DNA of 64,000 nt from a bacterium (GTDB taxonomy: Bacteria; JAAXHH01), in assembly GCA_965117045.1 (NCBI GenBank), contig OZ220749.1:1896105-1960104 (forward strand), in the 5' to 3' direction. The notes below the pieces were generated by a model, which saw nothing but the letters and a program-made list of their open reading frames with translations, did not search any database and was not told where the DNA came from. The translations under genes and the position numbers were made by a program. Within the stretch, counting starts at the first letter, position 1. Each line of letters starts with the position of its first letter. Below are positions 52,145-61,328 of the stretch, in pieces.

Positions 52145-52181
52145 GATGACGACCCTTGGGAAAATTCCCGGTCATGGACGC

Positions 52182-52258
52182 GGACCCGTCTTCGCCCGAG
52201 CCCGTCTTCCCTCGGACCCGTCTTCGCCCGAGCCCGTCTTCCCTCGGACCCGTTCTTC
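52182..52258. repeat. 32-bp x2.4 tandem repeat (built of 16-bp subunits) immediately downstream of the hypothetical gene stop
   Basis: ggacccgtcttcgcccgagcccgtcttccctc x2, then the partial copy ggacccgttcttcccc. Confidence 0.88.
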
Positions 52259-52265
52259 CCCGTGA

Positions 52266-53210
52266 TCAGTGGCAGACCACCGTCCCGGCTATTTCGTCCA
52301 GGAACTCGGTCCGGTGCGATCCGTCGAGGTGCCGCAGCACGTATATCCTATTGCCATCGATACAATGCCAGCCGCGACAACTCAATGGTTTTTTTCGCGG
52401 GCGGCGCCACGGCAGCCACGCCATGCGGCTGTGAACCGTCTCGGGATCCACGCCCTGGCCCGTCCCGCCGATAGACGGATGGCCGCCCGTGAGACCGGCA
52501 TCGTCGATCCAGACGTCGATTTCGCTGCCATAGGTGTCCTGGAACCAGTCCGGGAACGTCCGGCCCTCCAGGTGCATTTCGGCAAGGCTCATCCTCAACA
52601 GTTCCAATCTGGCGTTGCCGCGCTGGAAAGTCAACTCGATACGGCCCGTCATGAAGGAGTGGTGCTTCAGGGCGCAGTCGGCCGGCAGCTCGAGGCGCAG
52701 CCCGTACACGGCCCAGGTGGCGGTGTCCCCGCGGGCGTGATCGTCCAGGGTATTGAGCAGTCTCGAGGCCCGGGTCATCATGGACTCTCCCCCGCGTCCA
52801 AGGACCTGGGCGAAGATCGTGCGGCCGCAGGTTTCGCACATCCACAGGCAGCCGTAGGCCTGCAGGGGCTCGGGTCCTTCCGTCCGCCAGTGAAACCCCT
52901 CCACCGTCCGGTCCGCAAGTACGGTCTCGTCCTTGATGAGCGCCAGGTCGCGCCGGACCTTGACGGGCGGCGCCTTCTTCCCGCCCTTTCCGGCGAGATT
53001 CTTGAGATACCTTGCGACCACCTGGTCGGCCGACTCCCGGCCGCGCGTGCGCTCCCATCTCAGCTCGAAACGGGGCATCTCCGAATCGTCGAGCCGCAGG
53101 TAGCCCGTCGAGAAATCACCCGATACCGCGCCGATGCTCCAGTCTTCCGGCCGCTCGAACGACAGGTGATGCCAACCGGTGACCACCCATTTCGATGCCC
53201 CGCGATTCAT
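52266..53210 (-). CDS. Hypothetical protein, two-lobed, with Cys motifs (CETCGR; CRGWHC...CH)
   Basis: 314 aa. High GC3. ATGA overlap with the pgsA stop. No family recognised by eye. Confidence 0.65.
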   Translation of the reverse strand: MNRGASKWVVTGWHHLSFERPEDWSIGAVSGDFSTGYLRLDDSEMPRFELRWERTRGRESADQVVARYLKNLAGKGGKKAPPVKVRRDLALIKDETVLADRTVEGFHWRTEGPEPLQAYGCLWMCETCGRTIFAQVLGRGGESMMTRASRLLNTLDDHARGDTATWAVYGLRLELPADCALKHHSFMTGRIELTFQRGNARLELLRMSLAEMHLEGRTFPDWFQDTYGSEIDVWIDDAGLTGGHPSIGGTGQGVDPETVHSRMAWLPWRRPRKKPLSCRGWHCIDGNRIYVLRHLDGSHRTEFLDEIAGTVVCH

Positions 53211-53767
53211 GTGACCGATCTTTCCCGCCGCTTAAATTCCAGGATGTAATGCAGGCCCGATCCGACCACGCAGCAGAGGGCCGCCCAGAGGGCCCACGTA
53301 CCGTACGGTTGCCACTCCACGAGGTACAGGGCCAGCGCGACGCCCATGGCCAGGGTGGTCAGCTTGCCGACCCGGTCGGCCGGCAGGACCACGTTCCCGG
53401 GCTTGAGATACAGGTACGCGCCCACAATCAGAATGGACAGGTCGCGGGCAATGATCAGCGCGGCCGCCCACAAAGGGAATTCCCGGAAAAGGACCAGGAA
53501 TACCGACAGGCTGCCGACCAGGATCTTGTCGGCGAGCGGGTCGAGCACGAGCCCCCACCTGGATGACCAGCGGAAGCGGCGCGCCAGGTAACCGTCGGCA
53601 GCGTCCGTCAGAAAGGCCCACCCGACCAGCGCGTACAGGACCAGTCGCGCATCCCCGGCGATACTCCAGTAGATGAACGGAACAGCGGCGATGCGCGAAA
53701 GGGACAGCACATTGGGCGGCGTCCAGAACCGTCCCGTTCTTCCGTTCCCTAAGGAATCCGGACTCAT
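53207..53767 (-). CDS. pgsA: CDP-alcohol phosphatidyltransferase (PgsA-like)
   Basis: Start MSPDSLGNG... Motif DAADGYLARRFRWSSRWGLVLDPLADK (D-G-x2-A-R-x8-G-x3-D-x3-D). The longer 236-aa track ORF runs through the duplicated recN tail. Confidence 0.85.
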   Translation of the reverse strand: MSPDSLGNGRTGRFWTPPNVLSLSRIAAVPFIYWSIAGDARLVLYALVGWAFLTDAADGYLARRFRWSSRWGLVLDPLADKILVGSLSVFLVLFREFPLWAAALIIARDLSILIVGAYLYLKPGNVVLPADRVGKLTTLAMGVALALYLVEWQPYGTWALWAALCCVVGSGLHYILEFKRRERSVT

Positions 53768-53771
53768 GCCG

Positions 53772-53879
53772 CCGTCCTTCGCGGGATCACATGGTTCATA
53801 CGGCCGCCGTGCGCCGGAGCATCTCCCGTCCTTCGCGGGATCACATGGTTCATACGGCCGCCGTGCGCCGGAGCATCTC
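53772..53879. repeat. Perfect 54-bp x2 tandem duplication spanning the recN stop codon
   Basis: ccgtccttcgcgggatcacatggttcatacggccgccgtgcgccggagcatctc occurs at 53772-53825 and 53826-53879. The second copy holds the recN stop (53850-53852) and its last 27 coding nt. Confidence 0.95.
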
Positions 53880-55571
53880 GCGGGCGTGGGAGAGGGCCAT
53901 GTCGTCCACCGTTTCACCGGCCAGCATGCGCGCGATCTCCCTGACCCGGCCGTCCTCGTCCAGGTGATCGACCAGCGTGACCGACCTGCCGCGGGCCGAT
54001 TGCTTGTGCACGGTAAAATGCGTACGGCCCCAGCAGGCCACCTGGTGAAGATGGGTGATGCACAGCACCTGGTGGTCCCGGGACAGCAATTTCAACCGAT
54101 GCCCGACCGATTCGGCGATGCGTCCGCCGATCCCGATGTCCAGCTCGTCGAAGATCAGCGTGGGCATGCGGTCGGATTCGGCCAGGATCACCTTCAGCGC
54201 CAGCATGATGCGGGAGATTTCACCGCCGGAAGCGATGCTCGCCAGCGGCTTCAGCGCCTCCCCGGCATTGGGCGATATCAGGAATTCGATCCGGTCCATC
54301 CCGTGGGCGTCCACGCGGTAGCCGCACCCGTCGATCCGCAACGGACCGTCGTCGGACTCCTGCCACGCGATCCCCACCTGGAACCCGGTCTTCCCCATGC
54401 CCAGTTCCGCCAGTTCCGCCACGACCCGGCCTTCCAGCTTGCGGGCAACCTGTTTACGCCGGTCCGACAGCGCCTTCGCTTTTTCGGCCAGCTCCTGCCG
54501 GGCCGTTTCCACCTCCCCACCCAGGCGGTTCCGGCGTTCGTCGGCCGTGTCCATCCGTTCCAGTTCTCCGGCTATCCGTCCGCGGTGGGCCGCGACCTCC
54601 TCGATCGTGGCGCCGTATTTCCGCTTGAGCCGCCCGATGAGGTCCAGCCGGTCCAGCACCTCTTCCAGACGCGCCGGATCGTATTCGACGCGGTCGCGAT
54701 ATCGCCGCAGGAAATCGGTGCAGTCGTCGAGCTGGTAGCGCGCGGTGCGCACGCTTTCGAGGGCTTCGCCGAGTGAGGGGTCGATACGTTCCGCTTCCTC
54801 CAACGCGCGGATGACGCGGACCAGTCCGTCGACGTGCGCACCCTCTCCTTCGGAGAGTGCCTCGGAAGCCTCGGAAGCGATGCGGATCAACTGTTCCGCA
54901 TGCTCCAGGACGGCCCGCTCCCGTTCCAGTTTCTCGTCCTCCCCCGGCGTAAGGTCCGCCTGGTCGAGTTCGTCGAGCTGGAAGCGATAGAGCTCCTCCC
55001 GTTCCCGGGTGGCGGCGAGTTCCTCCTCCAGCAGCCGCAGGGCCTCGGACCGTTCGGTGAACCGGCGGTAGGCTTCGGCGACTTGTTGCTTCGGCGTCCG
55101 GACGTCCTCGAATCCATCCAGGAAGTCCAGGTGCGTCCGCGGGTTCAGCAGCGTCTGGTGATCGTGCTGTCCGTGCAGGTCAACCAGCAGTACGCCCAGT
55201 TTCCTGAGGACGGAAACGGTGACCAGGCTGCCGTTTATCGTGCAACGGTTTCGCCCGTCGCGGCCGACCTCCCGCCGGATAATCAGTCCATCCTCCTCCG
55301 GGTCCACGCCGATCTCAGACAGCAGGGCCCGCAGCTGCGGGTCTCGCTCCCCTTCGAAGAGCCCCTCGACGACCACAGACCCCGCACCGCCCCGTATGGT
55401 GTCCGACGCGGCCCGGCCGCCGAGAATGAGCCCCAGCGCACCGATCAGGATGGACTTTCCGGAGCCGGTTTCACCGGTGAGCACGTTCAGTCCGGGGGTG
55501 AACTCGATGTCCACCTCGTCCAGGAGCGCGTAGTTTCTGACCCTCAGGTTCGCGAGCATAGGCTGCAACAT
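53850..55571 (-). CDS. recN: DNA repair protein RecN
   Basis: 573 aa. LRVRNYALLDEVDIEF..GLNVLTGETGSGKSI, coiled coil, C-terminal ASGGEISRIMLAL and IFDELDIGIGG. Confidence 0.95.
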   Translation of the reverse strand: MLQPMLANLRVRNYALLDEVDIEFTPGLNVLTGETGSGKSILIGALGLILGGRAASDTIRGGAGSVVVEGLFEGERDPQLRALLSEIGVDPEEDGLIIRREVGRDGRNRCTINGSLVTVSVLRKLGVLLVDLHGQHDHQTLLNPRTHLDFLDGFEDVRTPKQQVAEAYRRFTERSEALRLLEEELAATREREELYRFQLDELDQADLTPGEDEKLERERAVLEHAEQLIRIASEASEALSEGEGAHVDGLVRVIRALEEAERIDPSLGEALESVRTARYQLDDCTDFLRRYRDRVEYDPARLEEVLDRLDLIGRLKRKYGATIEEVAAHRGRIAGELERMDTADERRNRLGGEVETARQELAEKAKALSDRRKQVARKLEGRVVAELAELGMGKTGFQVGIAWQESDDGPLRIDGCGYRVDAHGMDRIEFLISPNAGEALKPLASIASGGEISRIMLALKVILAESDRMPTLIFDELDIGIGGRIAESVGHRLKLLSRDHQVLCITHLHQVACWGRTHFTVHKQSARGRSVTLVDHLDEDGRVREIARMLAGETVDDMALSHAREMLRRTAAV

Positions 55572-55677
55572 GAACGGTGGGACCGCACGTGACCGGTCAA
55601 GGAAGGACGGGACCCGTCGCGACCGCGCGAGACCCGTCAGGTGCGGGACCGGGCAGATCCGTCCGGGACCGGGAGGT

Positions 55678-56601
55678 TCAGCGTTCCCCCCATTTCAGCT
55701 TCGTGCGCAGGACATCGTAAAAGGAACGATCCGTGAACCGGATCAGGTGTATGGTGTGGTCCGCCCGGCAAAGCTCGACGGAGCATCCCGGTTGGATCAC
55801 CACGTTCTCCTGGCCGTCCACGGTGAGCAGGAGATCGGGATGGTCCGCCCGGACTTCGATCCGGACCCGGTCCCGCGCGGCGAGCACCATGGCACGGTTG
55901 GAAAGCGTATGCGGACAGATGGGCGACACGACCATCGCTTCCATGTCGGGCGCCAGGATCGGGCCGCCCGCCGCCAGTGAATAGGCCGTGGAACCGGTCG
56001 GGGTCGACACGATCAGCCCGTCGGCCATGACGTCGTTGACGTATTCGTCATTTACATAGATGCCCAGTTCGATGACCCGGCAGATCGCGCCCTTGTCGAT
56101 TACGATATCGTTCAGTGCCGAAAACGTGCCGGCGGCAACCTGGTCCGCACCGGCCGACGCCGCGCCCGCGCCGGACGCGTCCAACAGCGTCCCGTTCGCG
56201 ATCCGTCCCTGCAGGACCAGCCGCTCGTCCAGCGTGTACCGCCCCTCGAAAACGCGTTCGAGGGCGTCGCCGAGGTCGTCGGGCGTCGTCTGCATCATGA
56301 AACCGAGCTTGCCGGAATTGACGCCGAGAATAGGCGTGCCGGAAGCACCCACCAGGCGCGCGGTCTTGAGCAGTGTGCCGTCCCCCCCGATGGCGATGAC
56401 CCAATCGACGTCCTCCACAGCGCGGTCGTCCGAATCCACGACCACGCATTCCCTTCGGGCTTCCGCCTCGCTTACCGTGGCCGCCAGGCCGGCCGAGAGC
56501 GTCGGCTTTCCGGACCGTGACGAGATCAGCCGAACGAGTTCCGGTATCAGGCCGGCGACGACGGGCCGGGCGGGATTGGCGATGATGCCCACGCGTTGCA
56601 T
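55678..56601 (-). CDS. nadK: NAD(+) kinase
   Basis: 307 aa. VIAIGGDGTLL, and the NDIVI and STPTGSTAYSLAAGGPI motifs. Confidence 0.92.
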   Translation of the reverse strand: MQRVGIIANPARPVVAGLIPELVRLISSRSGKPTLSAGLAATVSEAEARRECVVVDSDDRAVEDVDWVIAIGGDGTLLKTARLVGASGTPILGVNSGKLGFMMQTTPDDLGDALERVFEGRYTLDERLVLQGRIANGTLLDASGAGAASAGADQVAAGTFSALNDIVIDKGAICRVIELGIYVNDEYVNDVMADGLIVSTPTGSTAYSLAAGGPILAPDMEAMVVSPICPHTLSNRAMVLAARDRVRIEVRADHPDLLLTVDGQENVVIQPGCSVELCRADHTIHLIRFTDRSFYDVLRTKLKWGER

Positions 56602-57698
56602 CAGAAGGTCCTTCCGATCAGGTACTCCGCCCAGTTGACCAGGTATCCCTTATAAGAAGAGTCGGGAATCGCATCGAGATTTCGAATGGCATCGGCCACG
56701 CGGCGTTCCATGAGCGTCCGGGCGTGTTCGAGACCGCCGTGGGCCAGGATGAGGTCGCGTACCTCCGCGATCTGCCCGTCGGTAGCCTCCGGTTTTCCGA
56801 CGACGTCCAGCAAAAATCGGCGCTCGGCGGCCGAAGCCTTTTGGTAGGTGTGGACGAGCAGCAGGGTACGCTTGCCTTCCCGGAGGTCGGAGCATACCGG
56901 TTTCCCCAGCGTGGCCTCGTCGGCCGTGAGGCCCAGGATGTCGTCCTGCAGCTGGAAGGCCACGCCGCATTGCCCGGTGAACGATGATATCGCCCGCACC
57001 ATGGGGTGGTTCCGGTCCGGTGTATTCAGGCCGATCATCGCGCCGGCCGCGCCCGCGAAGGCGTAGAGCGCGCCGGTTTTTCGCCAGAACATGTCGATCA
57101 CGGACGCTTCGTCCAGGCTGTCCATGGGCGCCTTGGCATACTGAATGTCCAGCGCCTGCCCGCCGACGAGGGCAAGGAGGACTTCCGTCTCCAGGTAGTG
57201 GATGAGTTCGATCACCACCTCGCCGTTGTCCGCGTCCGCGTCGTACAGTTCGGTCAGGAGCCCGGTGGCCCACCCGTGCTGGACCTCGCCGGTCATGATC
57301 CCGATACACAGGCCGTAATGGGCGGCTTCCCTTTCGTCGAAAGCCCCGCCGGCCAGCGCCCGCCTCCGGAAGGCCTCGTGGACCGTGGGCGTGCCGCGCC
57401 TCAGGGCGTCCCGGTCCATGATGTCGTCATGCACGATGGTCCAGGTGTGGAACAGTTCCACCGCGACCGCCGCGGGTGTTGCGGCCTGCTCCTTGCCGCC
57501 CACGGCGCCGCAGGAGAAGTAGAGCACGCAGGGACGAAGCACCTTGCCGGACGCCTTCAGGTAGCTGAACACCCCGTCGTGTATGTCCTCCGGGACGAAC
57601 AGGACTTTGCGGCGGTCAGCTTCCAGGTACGCGCGCACCCATTCCTTGCGCACGGCCAGCGCGTCGAGGAAGTCCTGCATTCCCGGGGTATCGGTCAT
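56601..57698 (-). CDS. Polyprenyl diphosphate synthase (trans-IPPS; GGPP/FPP synthase-like)
   Basis: 365 aa. First and second Asp-rich motifs IVHDDIMD and QLQDDILG. Confidence 0.9.
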   Translation of the reverse strand: MTDTPGMQDFLDALAVRKEWVRAYLEADRRKVLFVPEDIHDGVFSYLKASGKVLRPCVLYFSCGAVGGKEQAATPAAVAVELFHTWTIVHDDIMDRDALRRGTPTVHEAFRRRALAGGAFDEREAAHYGLCIGIMTGEVQHGWATGLLTELYDADADNGEVVIELIHYLETEVLLALVGGQALDIQYAKAPMDSLDEASVIDMFWRKTGALYAFAGAAGAMIGLNTPDRNHPMVRAISSFTGQCGVAFQLQDDILGLTADEATLGKPVCSDLREGKRTLLLVHTYQKASAAERRFLLDVVGKPEATDGQIAEVRDLILAHGGLEHARTLMERRVADAIRNLDAIPDSSYKGYLVNWAEYLIGRTF

Positions 57699-57735
57699 AT
57701 AAGAAGCCTGTCATCTGGATGAGGGTCGCCGGAAA

Positions 57736-58002
57736 CTAGAACTGCAGGTCGTTGTCCTGGCTGGGTGGCGATTCCGGCTCGAAGGGCTCGATGACGAACC
57801 GGCCGTTCTCCACGCGGACCAGCTTGCGCACGTGTTCGTCCGCCGCGTTCAGCTGCCGGGTGCAGATCCGGGAAAGCTCGATGCCCTCCTGGAAGAGTGC
57901 GAGTGATTCATCCAGCGGCAGATCGCCCTTTTCCATGCGTTCGACGATGTGCTCGAGGCGCTTCAACGCCTCCTCGAAATTCGGTTTTTCCTTTTCGTTC
58001 AT
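57736..58002 (-). CDS. xseB: Exodeoxyribonuclease VII small subunit
   Basis: 88 aa. FEEALKRLEHIVERMEKGDLPLDESLALFQEGIEL. Confidence 0.92.
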   Translation of the reverse strand: MNEKEKPNFEEALKRLEHIVERMEKGDLPLDESLALFQEGIELSRICTRQLNAADEHVRKLVRVENGRFVIEPFEPESPPSQDNDLQF

Positions 58003-58019
58003 CTTCGGTATCCCGTCGG

Positions 58020-59363
58020 TCAGGATGGTTCGGTGGTATTCGATTCATCGAACAGGCCGAAGGTGGCCGGCGCTTCCTCGCGCCGTTTCCCCCGGGCGGC
58101 GGTTCCGGAGGTCTCCGCCCCGTCATGCAGGTGCTCGACCCGGCAGAACGCTTCGCCCTTGCGCAGGCGTACGTTCACGCGGTCGTCGACGCTGAGTTCA
58201 TCGGCGTCGCGGACGATGCGCCCGTCCGACGCGCGCTGGCAGACGGCGTAGCCCCGTTCCAGGACCGAGAGCGGGCTGAGGGCCTGGAGCCGTCCGGCCA
58301 GTCCGCCGACCAGCTGGGCGCGTGTTTCGTGGTCGTGGAAGCACCGGTCGGCCAGGCGGCGGGTCAGTTCATCGGTGAACTGGGCGTACTGGCCGATCTG
58401 GTCGACGGGCCGCCTGAGTCCGTAACTGGTCAGCGCCGTTGCGACGCGCTGGCGGGACAGGTCCAGGTACCCGGTCATGCTGCCGCACAGCCTTCTCAAC
58501 ACGGCCTCCGACCGCTCCTTCAACTCCCGCAGGTCGCGGACGACGATTTCGGCCGCGCCCGACGGCGTGGGGGCCCGCAGATCGGCCGCGAAGTCGGTCA
58601 GCGTGTAGTCCGTTTCGTGTCCCACGGCCGAGACCACCGGGATTCGGGACTGGAACACCGCCCGGACCACCGCCTCTTCGTTGAACGCCCACAGGTCCTC
58701 TGCCGATCCGCCGCCACGGCCGACGATCAGCACGTCCACCGCGCCGTAGTCGTTCATCTCTTCGATGGCGGCCGCGATCTCGGCCGCGGCGCCTTCGCCC
58801 TGCACGGGTGCCGGCCGGAGAATGATCGAGACCCACGGCGCGCGCCGGCGCAGGACCTGGATGATATCCCGGATCGCGGCGCCGGACCCGGAGGTGACCA
58901 CGCCCACCCGCTCCGGGAAGGAAGGCAGTGCCTGCTTGTGTTCCTCGCGGAACAGGCCCTCTTTCTCGAGCCGGGCCTTGAGCCGCTCGAAAGCCGCCTG
59001 GAGCGCGCCCGCGCCCACGGGCTTCAATTGCCGGGCAACGAGCTGGTACTGTCCCTGCACGTCGTAGACGGAAAGGGCGCCCAGGGCCAGCACCTCCATG
59101 CCGTCTTCGGGTTCGAAAGTCAACTTGCTGTTCGCCGATCGCCACATGACGCAGCGCAACTGGCTGCGGTCGTCCTTCAGCGAGAAGTAGGCATGGCCGG
59201 ACGAGTGCCGCTTGTAGTTGGAGATTTCACCGGATACCGTAACGTAGGGGAACGCTTCTTCGAGGAGCGTCTTGATCCCCGCGGTCAGTTCGGTAACGGT
59301 CAGCACGCCGTTGTCGCCCTCGTTCACCAAGCCTGGCCTTCCTCCCCGGTCTGAGCCGGCCAT
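58020..59363 (-). CDS. xseA: Exodeoxyribonuclease VII large subunit
   Basis: 447 aa. LTVTELTAGIKTLLEEAFPYVTVSGEISNYKRHSSGHAYFSLKD (OB fold) and the catalytic core IIVGRGGGSAEDLWAFN. Confidence 0.93.
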   Translation of the reverse strand: MAGSDRGGRPGLVNEGDNGVLTVTELTAGIKTLLEEAFPYVTVSGEISNYKRHSSGHAYFSLKDDRSQLRCVMWRSANSKLTFEPEDGMEVLALGALSVYDVQGQYQLVARQLKPVGAGALQAAFERLKARLEKEGLFREEHKQALPSFPERVGVVTSGSGAAIRDIIQVLRRRAPWVSIILRPAPVQGEGAAAEIAAAIEEMNDYGAVDVLIVGRGGGSAEDLWAFNEEAVVRAVFQSRIPVVSAVGHETDYTLTDFAADLRAPTPSGAAEIVVRDLRELKERSEAVLRRLCGSMTGYLDLSRQRVATALTSYGLRRPVDQIGQYAQFTDELTRRLADRCFHDHETRAQLVGGLAGRLQALSPLSVLERGYAVCQRASDGRIVRDADELSVDDRVNVRLRKGEAFCRVEHLHDGAETSGTAARGKRREEAPATFGLFDESNTTEPS

Positions 59364-59367
59364 ATCG

Positions 59368-60945
59368 CTACCGGGCGATTTCGACCGCGCGGGTCTGCCG
59401 GATGACCGTCACCTTGACCTGGCCCGGGTATTCCATCCGGGCCTGGATTTTACGGGCGATTTCCGTGGCGAGCTGGACCGCGCGGAGGTCGTCGACTTCC
59501 TCGTGATCGATCATGACCCGCACTTCTTTCCCCGCCTTCATGACGAAGGCCCTGGATACGCCTTCGAAGGAACTCACCAGCCGTTCCATCTCCCGGAGCC
59601 GGCGGACGTACTTCTCCAGCGGTTCCCGGAGCGCGCCGGGTCTGGACATGGACAGCGCGTCGGCGGTTCGGACCACCACGGCCATGGGGCTGACTTCTTC
59701 CAGGTTCTCGTGGATGGCGTCTATGCATTCCAGCACTTCGTGCGGTTCGCCGTACTTCCCGGCGGCCGATCTTCCCAGTTCCCCGAGCGCGCCTTCCGGG
59801 CCGCCTTCCACGGCCTTGCCTATGTCGTGCAGCAGTCCGCAGCGCCGGGCCAGGGTCACGTCCAGGTCCAGCTCCTGCGCCATGATACCCGCCAGCTCAG
59901 CCACTTCGCGGCTATGATGCAGCGCGTTCTGCCCACCGGTCATGCGGTACTTCAGTTGCCCGAGCAGCATGGCCAGTTCGGAACGGACGCCGGTAATGCC
60001 CAGGTCGAAGAGCACCTGTTCACCCGTATCCTGGATCAGGTCGCCGATTTCCTCCTGGGTTTTGGAGACGACCTGTTCGATGAATCCGGGATGGATTCTC
60101 CCGTCCTGGATGAGCTTCTCCATGGAGAGCTTAGCGATTTCGCGGCGCATGGGGTTGAACCCGGAGAGGACGACGGCATTGGGGGTGTCGTCGACGATGA
60201 CGTCGATCCCCGTCGACATTTCGAACGCCTGGATGTTGCGTCCGTCGCGCCCGATGATGCGTCCCTTCATTTCATTATCGGGCAGGGATATGACCGACGT
60301 CGTCGTTTCCGTCACGTGATCCAGCGTGTACTTCTGCATCGCGTGCGTGATGATTTCCCGGGCTTCGACCTCCGCGTTCTGGCGGGCTTCTTCGATGATG
60401 CTGCGGGCTTGCTGGCCGGCTTCAGCGCGTATGCGGGCGTCGATGTTGCTGAGCAGCGACTTTCTCGCTTCCTCCGTCGTCATGCCGGCGGACTGCTCGA
60501 GTTGTTCCGTCTGCCGCTTGATCAGCTGATCCAGGCGCTCTTCGGATTCCACCAGCTTCTCGTCCCGCTCCTGCAGCGACTGGAGGTGCTTCTGAATGCC
60601 TTTTTCGCGCTTGGCCACGTAGTCGGCCTTGCGCTCCAGGTTCTGCTCCCTGATCGCGATCCGTTTTTCGACGCGCTGGAAGTCCTGGCGGGTCTGGTTG
60701 CTTTCTCGCTCGAATTTCGCCTTGGCCTGGTAGGATTCCTCCTCCATTTCGATCCGGGCCGTATTCTTTATCGTGTCAGCTTCTTCCACCGCCTCTGCGA
60801 GGATGCTCTCTGCCAAGCGCTCCATACTGTCCGTCTTACGTTTTTCGACACGCTTTCGAATGTACCATCCGAAGAGAAACATGATCAGGGCGGTGCCGGC
60901 GTGGAGACTGATCGTCACAAGCATAGTGGCAGCCACCTTCTTCAA
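59368..60945 (-). CDS. rny: Ribonuclease Y
   Basis: 525 aa. N-terminal TM, coiled coil, KH domain (GRIIGRDGRNIQAFE) and HD domain (LLHDIGKA). Confidence 0.95.
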   Translation of the reverse strand: MKKVAATMLVTISLHAGTALIMFLFGWYIRKRVEKRKTDSMERLAESILAEAVEEADTIKNTARIEMEEESYQAKAKFERESNQTRQDFQRVEKRIAIREQNLERKADYVAKREKGIQKHLQSLQERDEKLVESEERLDQLIKRQTEQLEQSAGMTTEEARKSLLSNIDARIRAEAGQQARSIIEEARQNAEVEAREIITHAMQKYTLDHVTETTTSVISLPDNEMKGRIIGRDGRNIQAFEMSTGIDVIVDDTPNAVVLSGFNPMRREIAKLSMEKLIQDGRIHPGFIEQVVSKTQEEIGDLIQDTGEQVLFDLGITGVRSELAMLLGQLKYRMTGGQNALHHSREVAELAGIMAQELDLDVTLARRCGLLHDIGKAVEGGPEGALGELGRSAAGKYGEPHEVLECIDAIHENLEEVSPMAVVVRTADALSMSRPGALREPLEKYVRRLREMERLVSSFEGVSRAFVMKAGKEVRVMIDHEEVDDLRAVQLATEIARKIQARMEYPGQVKVTVIRQTRAVEIAR

Positions 60946-60986
60946 TTATTACGGGTGTTCCGGACATGGTCCGTTCCTCAACAAGA

Positions 60987-61328
60987 TCAGGCATGGTCTG
61001 CTTTCTCTTCATCCTGTTCAGGAAGAGGGTTTTCCAGCAACTCGTCCATGCGCCGGATCATCTCAGCGATCCGTTCTTTATGCACGGACTCCGATTCGAC
61101 CTGGGTCTGCTGTTTTTCACGTTCCTTGTGCAGTTCGTCGGCGATCCTGATCGCAGTGAGGACCGCCACGCTGGTGAGGGACTGCATGGTCACGCTGACG
61201 GGTACCTCGCGCATGCGTTCGTCGACATAGGCGGCGATGCGCTGGATGTACTCAGCTTCCTCTTCCGCCTGGATCGGATATTCGGTCCCGCAGATGTTGA
61301 CGCGTACGGTGACTTTCTCGTCATCCAT
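60987..61328 (-). CDS. zapA: Cell division protein ZapA
   Basis: 113 aa. VRVNICGTEYPIQAEEEAEYIQRIAAYVDERM...AVLTAIRIADELHK. Confidence 0.85.
   Translation of the reverse strand: MDDEKVTVRVNICGTEYPIQAEEEAEYIQRIAAYVDERMREVPVSVTMQSLTSVAVLTAIRIADELHKEREKQQTQVESESVHKERIAEMIRRMDELLENPLPEQDEEKADHA

Noticed and set aside
52044-52175. Small 34-codon ORF (MTGNFPKGRHHADVSKEAAP...) upstream of and overlapping the PqqD start, considered as a candidate RiPP precursor.
   Set aside because: It overlaps the PqqD start in another frame, has no SD, and has no leader/core-like features. It cannot be supported from the sequence alone.
6654-53879. Possible CRISPR array among the many direct repeats.
   Set aside because: All repeats are directly tandem (2 to 5 copies), or have one short spacer, and are locus-specific. 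They lack the alternating repeat and unique-spacer structure, and no cas genes are present.
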